A DNA stretch of 64,000 nucleotides from Acidimicrobiales bacterium (GTDB taxonomy: Bacteria; Actinomycetota; Acidimicrobiia; Acidimicrobiales; SZUA-35). The stretch is from positions 6,990 through 70,989 of the forward strand of contig JAHDBV010000004.1 of NCBI GenBank assembly GCA_020630195.1, given 5' to 3'. The notes beneath the pieces were generated by a model. It was not told where the DNA came from. It ran no database searches and was given only the letters and a program-made list of their open reading frames with translations. Below, piece by piece: positions 9,233-19,351 of the stretch. Every line of letters starts with the position of its first letter. The first letter of the stretch is position 1. Made by a program: the position numbers and the translations under genes.

Positions 9233-10123
9233 ATGCAGTCGAGTGGAACCGACGAACTCACCTGGTTCGACGTCGCCCCCCTCCGTCGCCCGATCCTGCT
9301 GATCGCGTTGCAGGGCTGGTTCGACGTCGGTGAGGCGGCCACGGGTGCGCTCGACTGGATCCGCGATCACACCGACGCGGAGCCGCTCGCCGAGCTCTCG
9401 CCGGAGGAGTTCTTCGACTTCACCGAGACCCGGCCCACCGTGCATCGGGTCGATGGCGAACGCCGCATCGAGTGGCCCACCGCCACCGCACTCGCGTGTC
9501 GGACCGAGGGTCCACGGGATCTGATCGTGATCTCGGCGATCGAACCGCAGTACCGCTGGCGCTCCTACAGCGACCGGATCGTCGAGCTCGTCCGTCGCAG
9601 TGGCGCCGAGATGGTGGCCACCATCGGCGCCATGGCGGCGCCGGTGCCCCACACCCGCCCGTTCCCGGTGACGGGCAGCGCCATCGACCCCCGCCTGGCC
9701 TCCGGGCTCGGGCTCGGAGCGCCGTCGTACCAGGGGGTGACGGGTGTGATGGGTGCGCTCCACGATCGGCTCGACCACGCCCGGATCCCGGTGATCTCGC
9801 TGCGGGTGTCGGTGCCGCACTACATCGTCTCGGCCCCGAGCCCGCGGGCGACCCGCTCGTTGTTGCGGCGGATCGAACAGATCAGCCGGGTGCCGTTGCA
9901 CTACGCCGAGCTCGATGGCGAGGTGGAGGACTGGCAGCGCCGTGTCGACGGGGCGATCGCCACCGACGACGACCACGCCGCCTACGTGGCGCAGCTCGAG
10001 CGACGGGTCGACTCGACCGAGGAGCTGTTGCCGTCGGGTGAGGATCTGGCCGACGAGCTGGAGGCGTTCCTCCGGGACCACGGCGACGAGGCACCCGACG
10101 ACGGCGACACGCCCGACGCCTGA
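9233..10123 (+). CDS. PAC2 (proteasome assembly chaperone 2-like) family protein
   Basis: ILLIALQGWFDVGEAATGA..., IGAMAAPVPHTRP and VSVPHY are typical of actinobacterial PAC2 proteins. The C-terminus is acidic. ATG at 9233. Confidence 0.75.
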   Translation: MQSSGTDELTWFDVAPLRRPILLIALQGWFDVGEAATGALDWIRDHTDAEPLAELSPEEFFDFTETRPTVHRVDGERRIEWPTATALACRTEGPRDLIVISAIEPQYRWRSYSDRIVELVRRSGAEMVATIGAMAAPVPHTRPFPVTGSAIDPRLASGLGLGAPSYQGVTGVMGALHDRLDHARIPVISLRVSVPHYIVSAPSPRATRSLLRRIEQISRVPLHYAELDGEVEDWQRRVDGAIATDDDHAAYVAQLERRVDSTEELLPSGEDLADELEAFLRDHGDEAPDDGDTPDA

Positions 10124-10177
10124 ACCCGGCCGGCCGGGTGCGATCCGCACCGCGGCGCACCCGGGACTCCGGGGTCG

Positions 10178-11263
10178 TCAGGGCAGGAGCGAGGTGGTGT
10201 GCTGGCGGAGCAGATGGTCGGCGAGGGTGAGCAGCGCCATCGCCTCCACCATCGGGACCGCCCGGGGGAGCACGCACGGATCGTGTCGGCCCTTGGCGGC
10301 GAGCGTGGTGGCCTCACCGTCGGTCGTGACGGTGGTCTGCTCGGAGGCGATCGTGCCGGTGGGCTTGAAGGCGACGCGGCAGACGATGTCGGCACCGTTC
10401 GAGATGCCGCCCTGCACGCCACCCGAACGGTTCGTCGCCGTGGTCGGCCCGTCGGGGCCGGGGACGAACGGATCGTTGTGGGCGAGGCCCGTCATGCGGG
10501 TCCCGGCGAAGCCGGACCCGATCTCGAAGCCCTTCGCCGCGGGCAGCGAGAGCATGCCCTTCGCGAGGTCGGCGTCGAGCTTGTCGAACACGGGCTCACC
10601 GAGGCCGGCCGGCACGCCCCGGGCCACGAGCGTCACCACACCACCGAGGGAGTCGCCGTCTCGTCGGGCCTGTTCGATCGCGGTCGTCATCTCGGCGGCG
10701 GCGGCGGGGTCGGGGCAGCGGGTCGGGTCGGCTTCGACCTGGTCGAGGGTGACCGTGTCGAGGTCGACCTCGGCCTCGATCGTGTGCACGCTGCTCACCC
10801 AGGCGAGCACCTCGGTGCCGGTGGCGGCACGGAGGAGCTGGCGGGCGATGGCGGCGGCGGCGACCCGACCGATGGTCTCGCGGGCCGATGCCCGGCCTCC
10901 CCCACGGTGGTCGCGGAAGCCGTACTTCGCGTCGTAGGTGAAGTCGGCGTGCGAGGGCCGGTAGACGTCCTTCAGGTGGTCGTAGGCGCCGGAGTTCTGG
11001 TCCTTGTTGCGCACGACCAGGGCGATCGGGGTGCCCGTCGTGCGGCCGTCGTACACGCCGGACAGCACCTCGACCTCGTCACCCTCGGCCCGTTGGGTCA
11101 CGAGGCGGCTCTGGCCGGGGCGGCGCCGATCGAGGTCGGCCTGGATCTCGTCGAGGTCGAGGGCGAGCCGCGGCGGGCAGCCGTCGACCACCACGCCCAC
11201 ACCGACGCCGTGGGATTCACCGAAGGTGCTGACCCGGAACAGGGTGCCGAAGCTCGAACTCAC
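10178..11263 (-). CDS. aroC: Chorismate synthase
   Basis: The N-terminus [15 protein letters not shown], plus GRHDPCV and GGISNG motifs, over the full family length (361 aa). Confidence 0.95.
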   Translation of the reverse strand: MSSSFGTLFRVSTFGESHGVGVGVVVDGCPPRLALDLDEIQADLDRRRPGQSRLVTQRAEGDEVEVLSGVYDGRTTGTPIALVVRNKDQNSGAYDHLKDVYRPSHADFTYDAKYGFRDHRGGGRASARETIGRVAAAAIARQLLRAATGTEVLAWVSSVHTIEAEVDLDTVTLDQVEADPTRCPDPAAAAEMTTAIEQARRDGDSLGGVVTLVARGVPAGLGEPVFDKLDADLAKGMLSLPAAKGFEIGSGFAGTRMTGLAHNDPFVPGPDGPTTATNRSGGVQGGISNGADIVCRVAFKPTGTIASEQTTVTTDGEATTLAAKGRHDPCVLPRAVPMVEAMALLTLADHLLRQHTTSLLP

Positions 11264-11329
11264 GGTCGCGAACCCTACCCGTGGCCGACCGCCCGACCCG
11301 AGGCGTTCCGGGTGGGCTGACTACCCTCG

Positions 11330-11629
11330 GTGGTCGTGGAACACGATGTGCTCCCCGCCCTCCGGGTGTGGATCGACCAGGACCTGTGCACCGGCGACGG
11401 CATCTGCACCGATCACGCCCCCGAGGTCTTCGTGATCCTCGAGGACGGCATCGCCTACTGCCGCGAGGGTGACAAGACCTTCAACGACCCCGGCGGTTCG
11501 GCCGAGCTGGCCCTCGTGCCGCCGGCGCTCGAGCGGGCCGTGGTCGAGTCGGCGGCGGAGTGCCCCGGCGAGTGCATCTTCATCGAGTTCGACCAGGTGC
11601 CCGAGCTCGTCGAGGGCGACACCGTCTGA
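11330..11629 (+). CDS. Ferredoxin (single-cluster, actinobacterial type)
   Basis: CTGDGIC...ECPGECI cysteine pattern in a small acidic protein. The start may be internal (VWIDQDLC). Confidence 0.75.
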   Translation: MVVEHDVLPALRVWIDQDLCTGDGICTDHAPEVFVILEDGIAYCREGDKTFNDPGGSAELALVPPALERAVVESAAECPGECIFIEFDQVPELVEGDTV

Positions 11630-11666
11630 CATCGGGCGTTCCGGGCCACGGCCTACGCTTCGGGCC

Positions 11667-12863
11667 ATGACGAGCCCGTCCAACCCCGAGGACCGCATCG
11701 ACGGACGGATCGGCTGGATCTACCTCGGCGTGCTGGCCCTCGTGTTCGGTGCCGTGGCGGCCTGGGCGTTCAGCAGCGGCGACGACGACCTCGTCACCGC
11801 CACGCCCCGCTCGACCACCACCCTCGCGGTCGACACCGAGGCGCCGGTGGGCGAGGTCGTGGAGATCCTGCTGGTGGTCGACGGTCCGGCCGTGACCCTC
11901 CAGGGCGCCGTGCCCGACACCGACACCCGGGACCTCGTCCGGGATCTCGCGGTGGCCCGCTACGGCGAGGACGCCGTGATCGACGAACTCCAGGTGCAGC
12001 CCACCCGGGTGCTCGAGGGTGGAGCCGTGTCGGTGACGGGAATCACCGACGTCGGCGACGACGAACCCCAGGGCCTCCAGGCCGACATCGCCGCCGTGCT
12101 CCGCCTCGTGGCCGGTGACGTCGATCTCGAGCTGAACCAGGTCGTGGTGCCACCGGCCGACATCCGGATCGGACTCGATCGCGACGCCATCACCTTCGCG
12201 GGGGAGGTCCCCGATCAGGCTGCGTTCGACGCACTCGTGCAGCCGGCCGTGGTGCAGTGGGGCGACGGCCGCGTCGACTCGTCGGGCCTGAGCATCGGCA
12301 TGACCACCCTCGAGGACGCCACCGTCACCATCGAGGGCACGATCGACGCCGGTGACATCCGCGTCCAGGACTACGAGGCGAGCCTCGGTGCCGCCTTCCC
12401 GACCGTCGTCGTCGACCGCACCACCCTCGCCGTCGACACCAGTGCCGAGGCCCTCGGCCGGCTCGAGGGTCGGCTGCGGGAGCTGGTGGCGGCCAACCCG
12501 ATCCTGTTCGAACTCGGCTCGGCCGAGATCTCCCCGGAGTCGGACGAAACCCTCCAGCGGGTCGCCGCCGCCATCGCCGCCACGCCCGGTATCCAGGTGC
12601 AGGTGGTCGGCCACACCGACGACCAGGGCCCCGAGTCGATCAATCAGCAGCTCTCCGAGGAACGGGCCGGTGCGGTCCAGTCGCGGCTGATCACACTCGG
12701 CATCCCACCCGATCAGTTCCTCCTGCCGCGAGGAGCCGGTGAGTCCGAGCCGATCGCCGACAACTCGACCGAAGAGGGTCAGGCGCAGAACCGCCGGATC
12801 GCCTTCGAGTTCGAAGGTGCGGTCGACGCGCCGGCCGACGACGCCGACGCCGACGAGGGCTGA
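11667..12863 (+). CDS. ArfA/OmpATb-like protein: N-terminal TM anchor, BON-like repeats, C-terminal OmpA/MotB peptidoglycan-binding domain
   Basis: TM helix WIYLGVLALVFGAVAAWAF. Three repeats of the type xVTLxGxVPD...(BON-like). The OmpA_C motif is LFELGSAEISP...VVGHTDDQG...NQQLSEERA...NRRIAFEF. Confidence 0.8.
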   Translation: MTSPSNPEDRIDGRIGWIYLGVLALVFGAVAAWAFSSGDDDLVTATPRSTTTLAVDTEAPVGEVVEILLVVDGPAVTLQGAVPDTDTRDLVRDLAVARYGEDAVIDELQVQPTRVLEGGAVSVTGITDVGDDEPQGLQADIAAVLRLVAGDVDLELNQVVVPPADIRIGLDRDAITFAGEVPDQAAFDALVQPAVVQWGDGRVDSSGLSIGMTTLEDATVTIEGTIDAGDIRVQDYEASLGAAFPTVVVDRTTLAVDTSAEALGRLEGRLRELVAANPILFELGSAEISPESDETLQRVAAAIAATPGIQVQVVGHTDDQGPESINQQLSEERAGAVQSRLITLGIPPDQFLLPRGAGESEPIADNSTEEGQAQNRRIAFEFEGAVDAPADDADADEG

Positions 12864-14381
12864 TCAGGGCCCGAGGTCGATCTCGAACCGGGCGCCGCCG
12901 AGGGCGGCGGTGCCCACCCGGACCGTCGCGCCATGACGGCGGGCGATGTCGCCGACGATGGCGAGCCCGAGCCCGGCACCGCCGTCGCGTCGATTGCGGG
13001 CCTCGTCGAGCCGCGTGAACCGTTCGAACACGAGATCGCGTCGGTCGGCGGGGATTCCCGGGCCGTCGTCGTCGACCCGGATCACGGCCCGCCCGTCGAC
13101 GGTGCGGAGTGACACCTCCACCGACGATGCGGCATGGCGGGCGGCGTTGTCGATGAGGTTGTCGCAGCACCGGCGGAGCAGATCGGCCCGGCCCGGCCGA
13201 CGATGCGGCTCGTCGATCCGGACCTGCACCGGCACCCGGCGCGGGCGGGCGGCGGCGGCGAGCACGATCTCGTCGAGGTCGACCTCGTCGGTGTCGGTGC
13301 CCGGATGATCCCGGTGCTCGTCGAAGGTGGCGAGCAACAACAGGTCGTCGACGAGCCGGGCGAGTTGGTGCTGCTCGGCGGCCACGAGATCCAGCGCCGC
13401 CGATCGCTGGGCCGGCTCGGTCGGCAGGGTCTCGAGGGTGGCCAGGGTGGCCGTGATGGGAGAGCGGAGCTCGTGGCTCGCGTCGGAGACGAATCGCCGG
13501 CGCTGCTCACTGGCGCCGTGGAGGCGGTCGAGCAGGTCGTTCATGGTGTGGGCCAGCTGGTCGATCTCGTCGCGGGCGCCCGTGGTGGGCACATGGCGAT
13601 CGAGGGCATCGGGATCGGTCGCCTCGACCTGCCGCCGCAGTGCCTCGACGGGTCGCAGCGCCCGGGTGGCCGTGAGCCAGGTGGCCGCGGCCACGAGGGC
13701 GACGAGCACCGGGGCGGCCATGAGCCCGAGCCGGGTCGACTCCTCGACCGAACGTCGGATGGGTGCGAGTGGTGTGGAGACCCCCACCGACCCGTCGGTG
13801 TCGCCGATCCGCACGGCCTGGGAGACCACGAGGGTCTCACCGTCGTCGACCACCGTCGGTTCGTCGGCGGTCCGGACGACCCCGACGAAGCTGACCTCCT
13901 GGAAGGCGTCGGTGACCCGTGGGGCGTCGAGCAGCGCCGAGTCGGGCTCGGGGATCGGCTCGACGCCCGGCGCCAGACCGTTCGGGTCGGTGACACTGAA
14001 CGACACGATCCCGTCCGATGCGGTGAGGGCCTGCACGTCGATCGGCCGACCCGCCTCGTCGAGGAGCGGCCCGGCCGCTTCGAGCTCGGCGAGGAACGAG
14101 GAGAAGAGCGCGGCGTCGACCTCCGCCCAGGTGAGCACCTCACCGTCGGGGTCGTAGTAGGCGAGGCGTGGGCTCTCGTCGGGTTCGATGCGGCCGTCGA
14201 CGATGCCGTCGGCCGAGAGGCGCAGGTGCTCGTCGAGCAGCACGCGGGCATTGGCCACGGCGTCGTCCCGGAGGTTCGCCTCGAGGGCGGTGCGCACACC
14301 CCAGCCGGCGACCACGAGGGTCACGAGGAAGACCCCGCTCACGAACACCGTGAGGCGGAGCCGGACCGACGAGCGGCTCAT
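12864..14381 (-). CDS. Sensor histidine kinase (HAMP-HisKA-HATPase)
   Basis: Two TM segments flank a ~200-aa extracytoplasmic region. H-box SHELRSPIT, N-box DNLIDNAARH, G-box GGAGLGLAIV. The start ATG at 14381 overlaps the regulator stop (ATGA). Confidence 0.9.
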   Translation of the reverse strand: MSRSSVRLRLTVFVSGVFLVTLVVAGWGVRTALEANLRDDAVANARVLLDEHLRLSADGIVDGRIEPDESPRLAYYDPDGEVLTWAEVDAALFSSFLAELEAAGPLLDEAGRPIDVQALTASDGIVSFSVTDPNGLAPGVEPIPEPDSALLDAPRVTDAFQEVSFVGVVRTADEPTVVDDGETLVVSQAVRIGDTDGSVGVSTPLAPIRRSVEESTRLGLMAAPVLVALVAAATWLTATRALRPVEALRRQVEATDPDALDRHVPTTGARDEIDQLAHTMNDLLDRLHGASEQRRRFVSDASHELRSPITATLATLETLPTEPAQRSAALDLVAAEQHQLARLVDDLLLLATFDEHRDHPGTDTDEVDLDEIVLAAAARPRRVPVQVRIDEPHRRPGRADLLRRCCDNLIDNAARHAASSVEVSLRTVDGRAVIRVDDDGPGIPADRRDLVFERFTRLDEARNRRDGGAGLGLAIVGDIARRHGATVRVGTAALGGARFEIDLGP

Positions 14382-15046
14382 GGCTCGATCCGGTAGCCGT
14401 GGCCGTGCACGGTGTGGATCAGGCGATCGGCGCCGCCGATGTCGAGCTTGCGGCGCAGGTAGCCGACGTAGACCTCCACCACGTTCGTGCCGCCCTCGAA
14501 CTCGGGCCCCCACACCTGGTCGAGCAGGTAGGGCTTCGAGCAGACACTGCCGGGTTGGCGGCTCAACACCTCGAGCAGGGTGAACTCCCGGCTGGTCAGG
14601 TCGACCGCTTCACCCCGCCGGCGACAGCGACGTTCGTCGAAGTCGATCTCGAGATCGCCGATGATCTGGACCACGGCGTCGCGCGGTCCGGCCCGGCGCA
14701 GCAGCGCCCGGATCCGGGCGGTGAGCACCACGAACGAGAAGGGCTTCGTGAGGTAGTCGTCGGCGCCCGCGTCGAGGCCCTCGGCCACGTCGAACTCGCC
14801 CGCCTTGGCCGTGAGCATCAGGATCGGGGTGGTCGTGCCGCCGGCGCGGAGATCGGCGCACACCCGGTAGCCGTTGCGGCCGGGCAGCATCACGTCGAGC
14901 ACGATCACGCCGTAGTCGACCTCGGTGGCCATCCACACGCCGGTGTCACCGTCGGCCGCGACGTCGACGTCGAGGCCCTCGGCGGCCAGGCCCCGCTCGA
15001 TGGCGGCGGCCACGGCCGGGTCGTCTTCGATCACCAGAACGCGCAC
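14378..15046 (-). CDS. OmpR/PhoB-family response regulator
   Basis: REC domain (MRVLVIEDD...VLDVMLPG...TAK...YLTKPF) plus a winged-helix C-terminus (LTSREFTLLEVL...VVEVYVGYLRRKL...IHTVHGHGY). Confidence 0.95.
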   Translation of the reverse strand: MRVLVIEDDPAVAAAIERGLAAEGLDVDVAADGDTGVWMATEVDYGVIVLDVMLPGRNGYRVCADLRAGGTTTPILMLTAKAGEFDVAEGLDAGADDYLTKPFSFVVLTARIRALLRRAGPRDAVVQIIGDLEIDFDERRCRRRGEAVDLTSREFTLLEVLSRQPGSVCSKPYLLDQVWGPEFEGGTNVVEVYVGYLRRKLDIGGADRLIHTVHGHGYRIEP

Positions 15047-15193
15047 GGATCGAAGTGTCGATCGGGCGGCTGAGAACGCCCTGAGAGTGCCTGAACGGGT
15101 TCTCAGTCGACCACAGACCGTTCTCAGACCGTTCGTGGAGCGTGTCGGTCGGCCGGCGACGTCCGCCGGCCGAACCCACCACAGGAGAACCTC

Positions 15194-15802
15194 ATGCCCA
15201 CCACCCGGACCCCGATCGCCGCCCTGTTGGCCGCGATCCTGCTCCTCGCCGCCGCCTGCGGCTCCGGCGCCGATTCGTCGGCCGACGCCGGTGACACCGC
15301 CGAACTGCCCACGCTGCAGTCCGAGACCGAACCCGAGTCCGCCACCAACGGTGGCGAAGACACCTCCACCGACGCGGACGACGAGCCGGTCGACCCCGAG
15401 ATCGCCATGGCCGAGTACGAACGGTGCCTCGCCGATGCGGGCATCGAGCTGCCGGAGGCCAGCACCGACGGTGACGCGATGGTCCTCGAGTTCGAGGCCG
15501 ACGAGAACGCCGAGGGCGGCTTCGACGACCCCGAGGCGTTCGACGAAGCCTTCGCGAAGTGCGACGAACTCCTCACCGATGCGTTCGGCGAGTTCGAGAT
15601 GACCCCCGAAGAGGAGGCCGAGATGGCCGACCAGATGCTGGAGATGCAGCGGTGCCTCGCCGATCTCGGCTTCGACATCGACTTCGGTGACGGCACCGGG
15701 GCCTTCGAACTCGACCAGTCGATCGACTTCGAGGAATTCGACGCCGCCATGCAGGAGTGCTCGCCCGAGGGCGGCGAGTCGAGCGTGCAGGAAGTCGGAT
15801 GA
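15194..15802 (+). CDS. Acidic secreted lipoprotein with internal two-fold Cys-pair repeat
   Basis: Lipobox LLLAAAC-GSG. It is very rich in Asp/Glu. The pattern E(Y/M)xRCLAD(A/L)G...(K/E)C(D/S) occurs twice. Confidence 0.65.
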   Translation: MPTTRTPIAALLAAILLLAAACGSGADSSADAGDTAELPTLQSETEPESATNGGEDTSTDADDEPVDPEIAMAEYERCLADAGIELPEASTDGDAMVLEFEADENAEGGFDDPEAFDEAFAKCDELLTDAFGEFEMTPEEEAEMADQMLEMQRCLADLGFDIDFGDGTGAFELDQSIDFEEFDAAMQECSPEGGESSVQEVG

Positions 15803-16869
15803 AGCGCCCCGTCCTGATCCTCTGCGCCGCCGGGCTCGTGCTCAGCGGCGTCGCCGGCACCGTGGCCGTCACCGGCCGCGCCGATGCCGCTGCCACCGAC
15901 GAGGTGGCCACCACGTCTCCGACGATCGACACCGAGCGGGCCACCGTGACCCGCGGCGACCTCGTCGAGACCCACGACGCCAACGGCCAGCTCGGCCACG
16001 GCACGGTCCGCACCCTGCCGATCAGTGCCCAGGGCACCGTGACCGACGGTCCGGAGGCCGGCGACGTCCTCCGACCCGGCGACACCGCCGTCGAGATCGA
16101 CAAGCGACCGATCACCCTCGTCGAGGGCGACGCCCCGCTCTACCGGGAGCTGCGGCGGGTCCGGAACTGGGAGCGCGACGCCGCCGACGAGAAGCTCGGC
16201 GAGCAGACCGGCGACGACGTGCGCCAGCTCCAGGAGCATCTGCTCGCCAACGGGTTCGACGACAAGGGCCGGCTCGACGCGGACGGCACCTTCGGCATCT
16301 CGACCGAGCGGGCCGTGAAGGACTGGCAGCGCAGTGTCGGCCATCCGGCGACGGGCAAGGTCGACGGCAGCCAGATCCTGTTCCTCGACGGCCCGGTCCG
16401 GGTCGAGGCCGCACCCGATCGGGGGACGTCGTTCGACGAGCTCCGTGTCACCTCCACCGAGCCCACCGTGTCGGTCACCATCGACCGGCGGGTGCGTAGC
16501 TTCTATCCCGAGGGCGCCACGGTCGAACTCGAGACCGTCAACGGAACCAGCACCGGCACCGTGGCGAAGGTGACCCGCACCGTCGGCAACGACGGCTCGG
16601 CGTCGTACGAGCTCGACATCCGGGTCGACGACCCCGCCGCCCTCGGCGACGCCGACAGCGTGAAGATCGTCGCCAGCGACGTGAAGGCCGACGACGTGTT
16701 GACCCTCCCCGTCCGGGCGTTGCTCGCCCTCGCCGAAGGCGGCTGGGCCGTGCAGGTCGACGTCGAGGGCGACCTCGTGCTGCGAGCGGTCGAGATCGGC
16801 GAGATCGTCGACGGCCGGGTCGAGATCAACGGCCTCGCCGAAGGCGACGAGGTGGTGGTGCCGGTATGA
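15799..16869 (+). CDS. Peptidoglycan-binding-domain / HlyD-like periplasmic adaptor protein
   Basis: The ATG at 15799 overlaps the upstream stop (ATGA). It has an N-terminal anchor, a PG_binding_1-like segment (VRQLQEHLLANGF...DGTFGISTERAVKDWQ) and a beta-barrel adaptor-like C-terminus (VEIGEIVDGRVEI.GL.EGDEVVV). Confidence 0.7.
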   Translation: MKRPVLILCAAGLVLSGVAGTVAVTGRADAAATDEVATTSPTIDTERATVTRGDLVETHDANGQLGHGTVRTLPISAQGTVTDGPEAGDVLRPGDTAVEIDKRPITLVEGDAPLYRELRRVRNWERDAADEKLGEQTGDDVRQLQEHLLANGFDDKGRLDADGTFGISTERAVKDWQRSVGHPATGKVDGSQILFLDGPVRVEAAPDRGTSFDELRVTSTEPTVSVTIDRRVRSFYPEGATVELETVNGTSTGTVAKVTRTVGNDGSASYELDIRVDDPAALGDADSVKIVASDVKADDVLTLPVRALLALAEGGWAVQVDVEGDLVLRAVEIGEIVDGRVEINGLAEGDEVVVPV

Positions 16870-17558
16870 CGCCGCCCGTGATCGAGCTCCGCGGCGTGGT
16901 GCGCACCTACCCCGGCGAGCCCCCCGTCCGGGCCCTCGACGGGGTCGATCTCCGGATCGACACCGGCGAGATGGTCGCCATCGTCGGCCCGTCGGGCTCG
17001 GGCAAGTCGACGCTGCTGAACGTGATGGGCACCCTCGACCGCCCCACCGAGGGGTCGGTGCTGATCGACGGGGTCGACACCCGCCGTCTCGCCGAGCGTC
17101 ACCTGTGTGGCCTGCGGGCCACCCGGCTGGGGTTCATCTTCCAGTCGTTCCATCTGCTCGAGTCGGCCCGGGTGATCGACAACGTCGCCAACGGTCTGCT
17201 CTACCAGGGTGTGTCCCGGCGGGAACGCGAACGTCGGGCGCAGCGGGCGCTCGACCTGGTCGGCCTCGGCGATCGGGGCACGACCAAGCCACCCAAGCTC
17301 TCCGGCGGTCAGCGCCAGCGGGTGGCGATCGCCCGGGCGATCGTGGCCGAACCCTCGCTGATCCTCGCCGACGAGCCGACGGGCAACCTCGACTCCCGGA
17401 CGAGCGACGACGTGCTCGGCCTGCTCGACCGGCTCAACACCGAGCTCGGGGCGACCATCGCCATCATCACCCACGACCACGAGGTGGCCGAACGGGTGCC
17501 CCGGCGGATCGCCGTGCACGACGGCCGGGTGTCGGAGCTCGTGGGGGCGACCGCATGA
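16866..17558 (+). CDS. ABC transporter ATP-binding protein (MacB/LolD type)
   Basis: Walker [10 protein letters not shown], signature LSGGQRQRV, Walker [13 protein letters not shown]. The start overlaps the upstream stop. Confidence 0.95.
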   Translation: MTPPVIELRGVVRTYPGEPPVRALDGVDLRIDTGEMVAIVGPSGSGKSTLLNVMGTLDRPTEGSVLIDGVDTRRLAERHLCGLRATRLGFIFQSFHLLESARVIDNVANGLLYQGVSRRERERRAQRALDLVGLGDRGTTKPPKLSGGQRQRVAIARAIVAEPSLILADEPTGNLDSRTSDDVLGLLDRLNTELGATIAIITHDHEVAERVPRRIAVHDGRVSELVGATA

Positions 17559-18793
17559 GCGCCACCATGACCTCCACGGCCCCGACGCCCGAGGCCACCG
17601 ACGTGCGTCTCCGACGCTCCCGACTGCGGCCGTCGGATCGAGTCCGCACCGGACTCGGCGGGCTCGCCTCCCGTCCGGGCCGGACCCTGCTCACCGCACT
17701 CGGGATCGCCATCGGCATCGCCTCGATGGTGACCGTGGTCGGCATCTCCTCGTCGTCGAAGGCCGATCTGCTGGCCGAACTCGACGAGCTCGGCACCAAC
17801 CTGCTCCAGGTCCGCCCCGGGCAGAGCCTCTTCGGTGACTCGGCCACCCTGCCGCCCGATGCCGACGCCATGGTGCGGCGGGTGGCGACGGTGGAGGACA
17901 CCGCCGGCATCATCAGCATCCCGGGCGACGTCCAACGCAACGACCACGAGGACGAACCCAACGGGCTCGGCATCGTGGCCACCGACGGCCGGGTGAACGA
18001 CACGCTCGGGCTCACCGCCCGCACGGGTCGGGTGCTCGGCTCGTCCGAGCAGCACCTGCCCGTGGTGGTGCTCGGGTCGCTCGCGGCCGAACGGCTCGGC
18101 ATCGACGACCTCACCGGTGGACCGACGATCACCCTCGGCGACGACCGCTACCAGGTGATCGGCATCCTCGACTCCCATCCCCTGCATCCCGATCTCGACC
18201 GGTCGGTGATGATCGGGGAGGCCTGGGCGAAGCAGCGCTACGGCATCGATCCCAACCACTCGGCGATCTACGTGCGGGTGGCGAAGGACCGGGTCGAGGT
18301 GACCCGACCGCTGCTGGCCCGCACGTCCAATCCCGCCGCCCCCAACGAGGTGGAGGTGTCCCGTCCGTCCGACGCCCTCGAGGCGCAGACCAAGGTCGAC
18401 GACAACCTCCAGAACCTGCTGCTCGCCCTCGGCGGTGTGGCACTGCTCGTCGGTGGGGTGGGGATCGCCAACATCATGGTGATCTCGGTCATCGAACGCC
18501 GGGCGGAGATCGGCCTGCGACGGGCCCTCGGTGCGAGCCGCGGCCACATCCGCTCACAGTTCGTGATCGAGTCGGCCGCACTCTCGACCCTCGGTGGTGC
18601 GCTCGGCATCGCCCTCGGGGTCGGGGCGACCGCGGCCTACGCGTCGAGTCAGGGGTGGACGTTGTCCGTGCCCGCCGCCGCCCTCGGTGGCGGGGTGCTG
18701 GCGGCGCTCGCCATCGGTGCGCTCGCCGGGCTCTATCCGGCGGCCAAGGCGGCACGCCTCGACCCGGCCGATGCCGTCCGCCCGCACGCCTGA
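17555..18793 (+). CDS. ABC transporter permease, FtsX/MacB-like
   Basis: The ATG at 17555 overlaps the ATPase stop (ATGA). It has an N-terminal TM, a large extracytoplasmic domain and a C-terminal FtsX 3-TM bundle (IGLRRALGA...). Confidence 0.9.
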   Translation: MSATMTSTAPTPEATDVRLRRSRLRPSDRVRTGLGGLASRPGRTLLTALGIAIGIASMVTVVGISSSSKADLLAELDELGTNLLQVRPGQSLFGDSATLPPDADAMVRRVATVEDTAGIISIPGDVQRNDHEDEPNGLGIVATDGRVNDTLGLTARTGRVLGSSEQHLPVVVLGSLAAERLGIDDLTGGPTITLGDDRYQVIGILDSHPLHPDLDRSVMIGEAWAKQRYGIDPNHSAIYVRVAKDRVEVTRPLLARTSNPAAPNEVEVSRPSDALEAQTKVDDNLQNLLLALGGVALLVGGVGIANIMVISVIERRAEIGLRRALGASRGHIRSQFVIESAALSTLGGALGIALGVGATAAYASSQGWTLSVPAAALGGGVLAALAIGALAGLYPAAKAARLDPADAVRPHA

Positions 18794-18804
18794 GCCTGGG
18801 TGAT

Positions 18805-18850
18805 CCGGGGGTTCCGATGGTCCTGCGACACCGGGCCATCGAACCCCCGG
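18805..18850 (+). terminator. Long imperfect hairpin after ABC permease
   Basis: CCGGGGGTTCCGATGGTCC-(loop)-GGGCCATCGAACCCCCGG forms a ~18-bp stem with one mismatch, 12 nt after the stop at 18793. Confidence 0.5.
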
Positions 18851-18969
18851 ACCCGAGGGCCAGGCAGACGGGCGGGAGTTCATTCGTGGGAGACGGTCGC
18901 GTCATGACGAAGGACCCTGCCGGCCCGCCCTGTTCCGTGGTGTGGTCGGGGTGACCGCATCACGAGGAG

Positions 18970-19329
18970 ATGTTGATGATGACGACCGACTATCGGAGCC
19001 GCCGCGAAGAGCTCGTGCGTGGACTCGGCCGACTCGGCGAGGCGCAGCCCGAACTGATGAGCGGCTTCGCCGCCCTGCACAGCGCCGCGGCGAGCGACGG
19101 GGTACTCGACGCGAAGACGAAGGAGCTCATCGCTCTCGCCACCGCCATCACGGCCCACTGCGACGGGTGCATCGCCTTCCACACCCACGATGCGATCTCG
19201 GCGGGCGCGACCCGCGAGGAGATCGCCGAAGCCATCGGTGTCGCCGTGCTGATGGGTGGCGGTCCGGCGGTGGTCTATGGCTCCGACGCACTCGATGCCG
19301 CGGATCAGTTCTTCGCCGGTCAGCCGTGA
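18970..19329 (+). CDS. Carboxymuconolactone decarboxylase / AhpD-like family protein
   Basis: 119 aa with the CxxC core (AHCDGCIAFH) typical of the AhpD/CMD fold. GAGGAG lies upstream of the ATG. Confidence 0.8.
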   Translation: MLMMTTDYRSRREELVRGLGRLGEAQPELMSGFAALHSAAASDGVLDAKTKELIALATAITAHCDGCIAFHTHDAISAGATREEIAEAIGVAVLMGGGPAVVYGSDALDAADQFFAGQP

Positions 19330-19351
19330 TCGTGGACCGCGCCCCCTCGGC

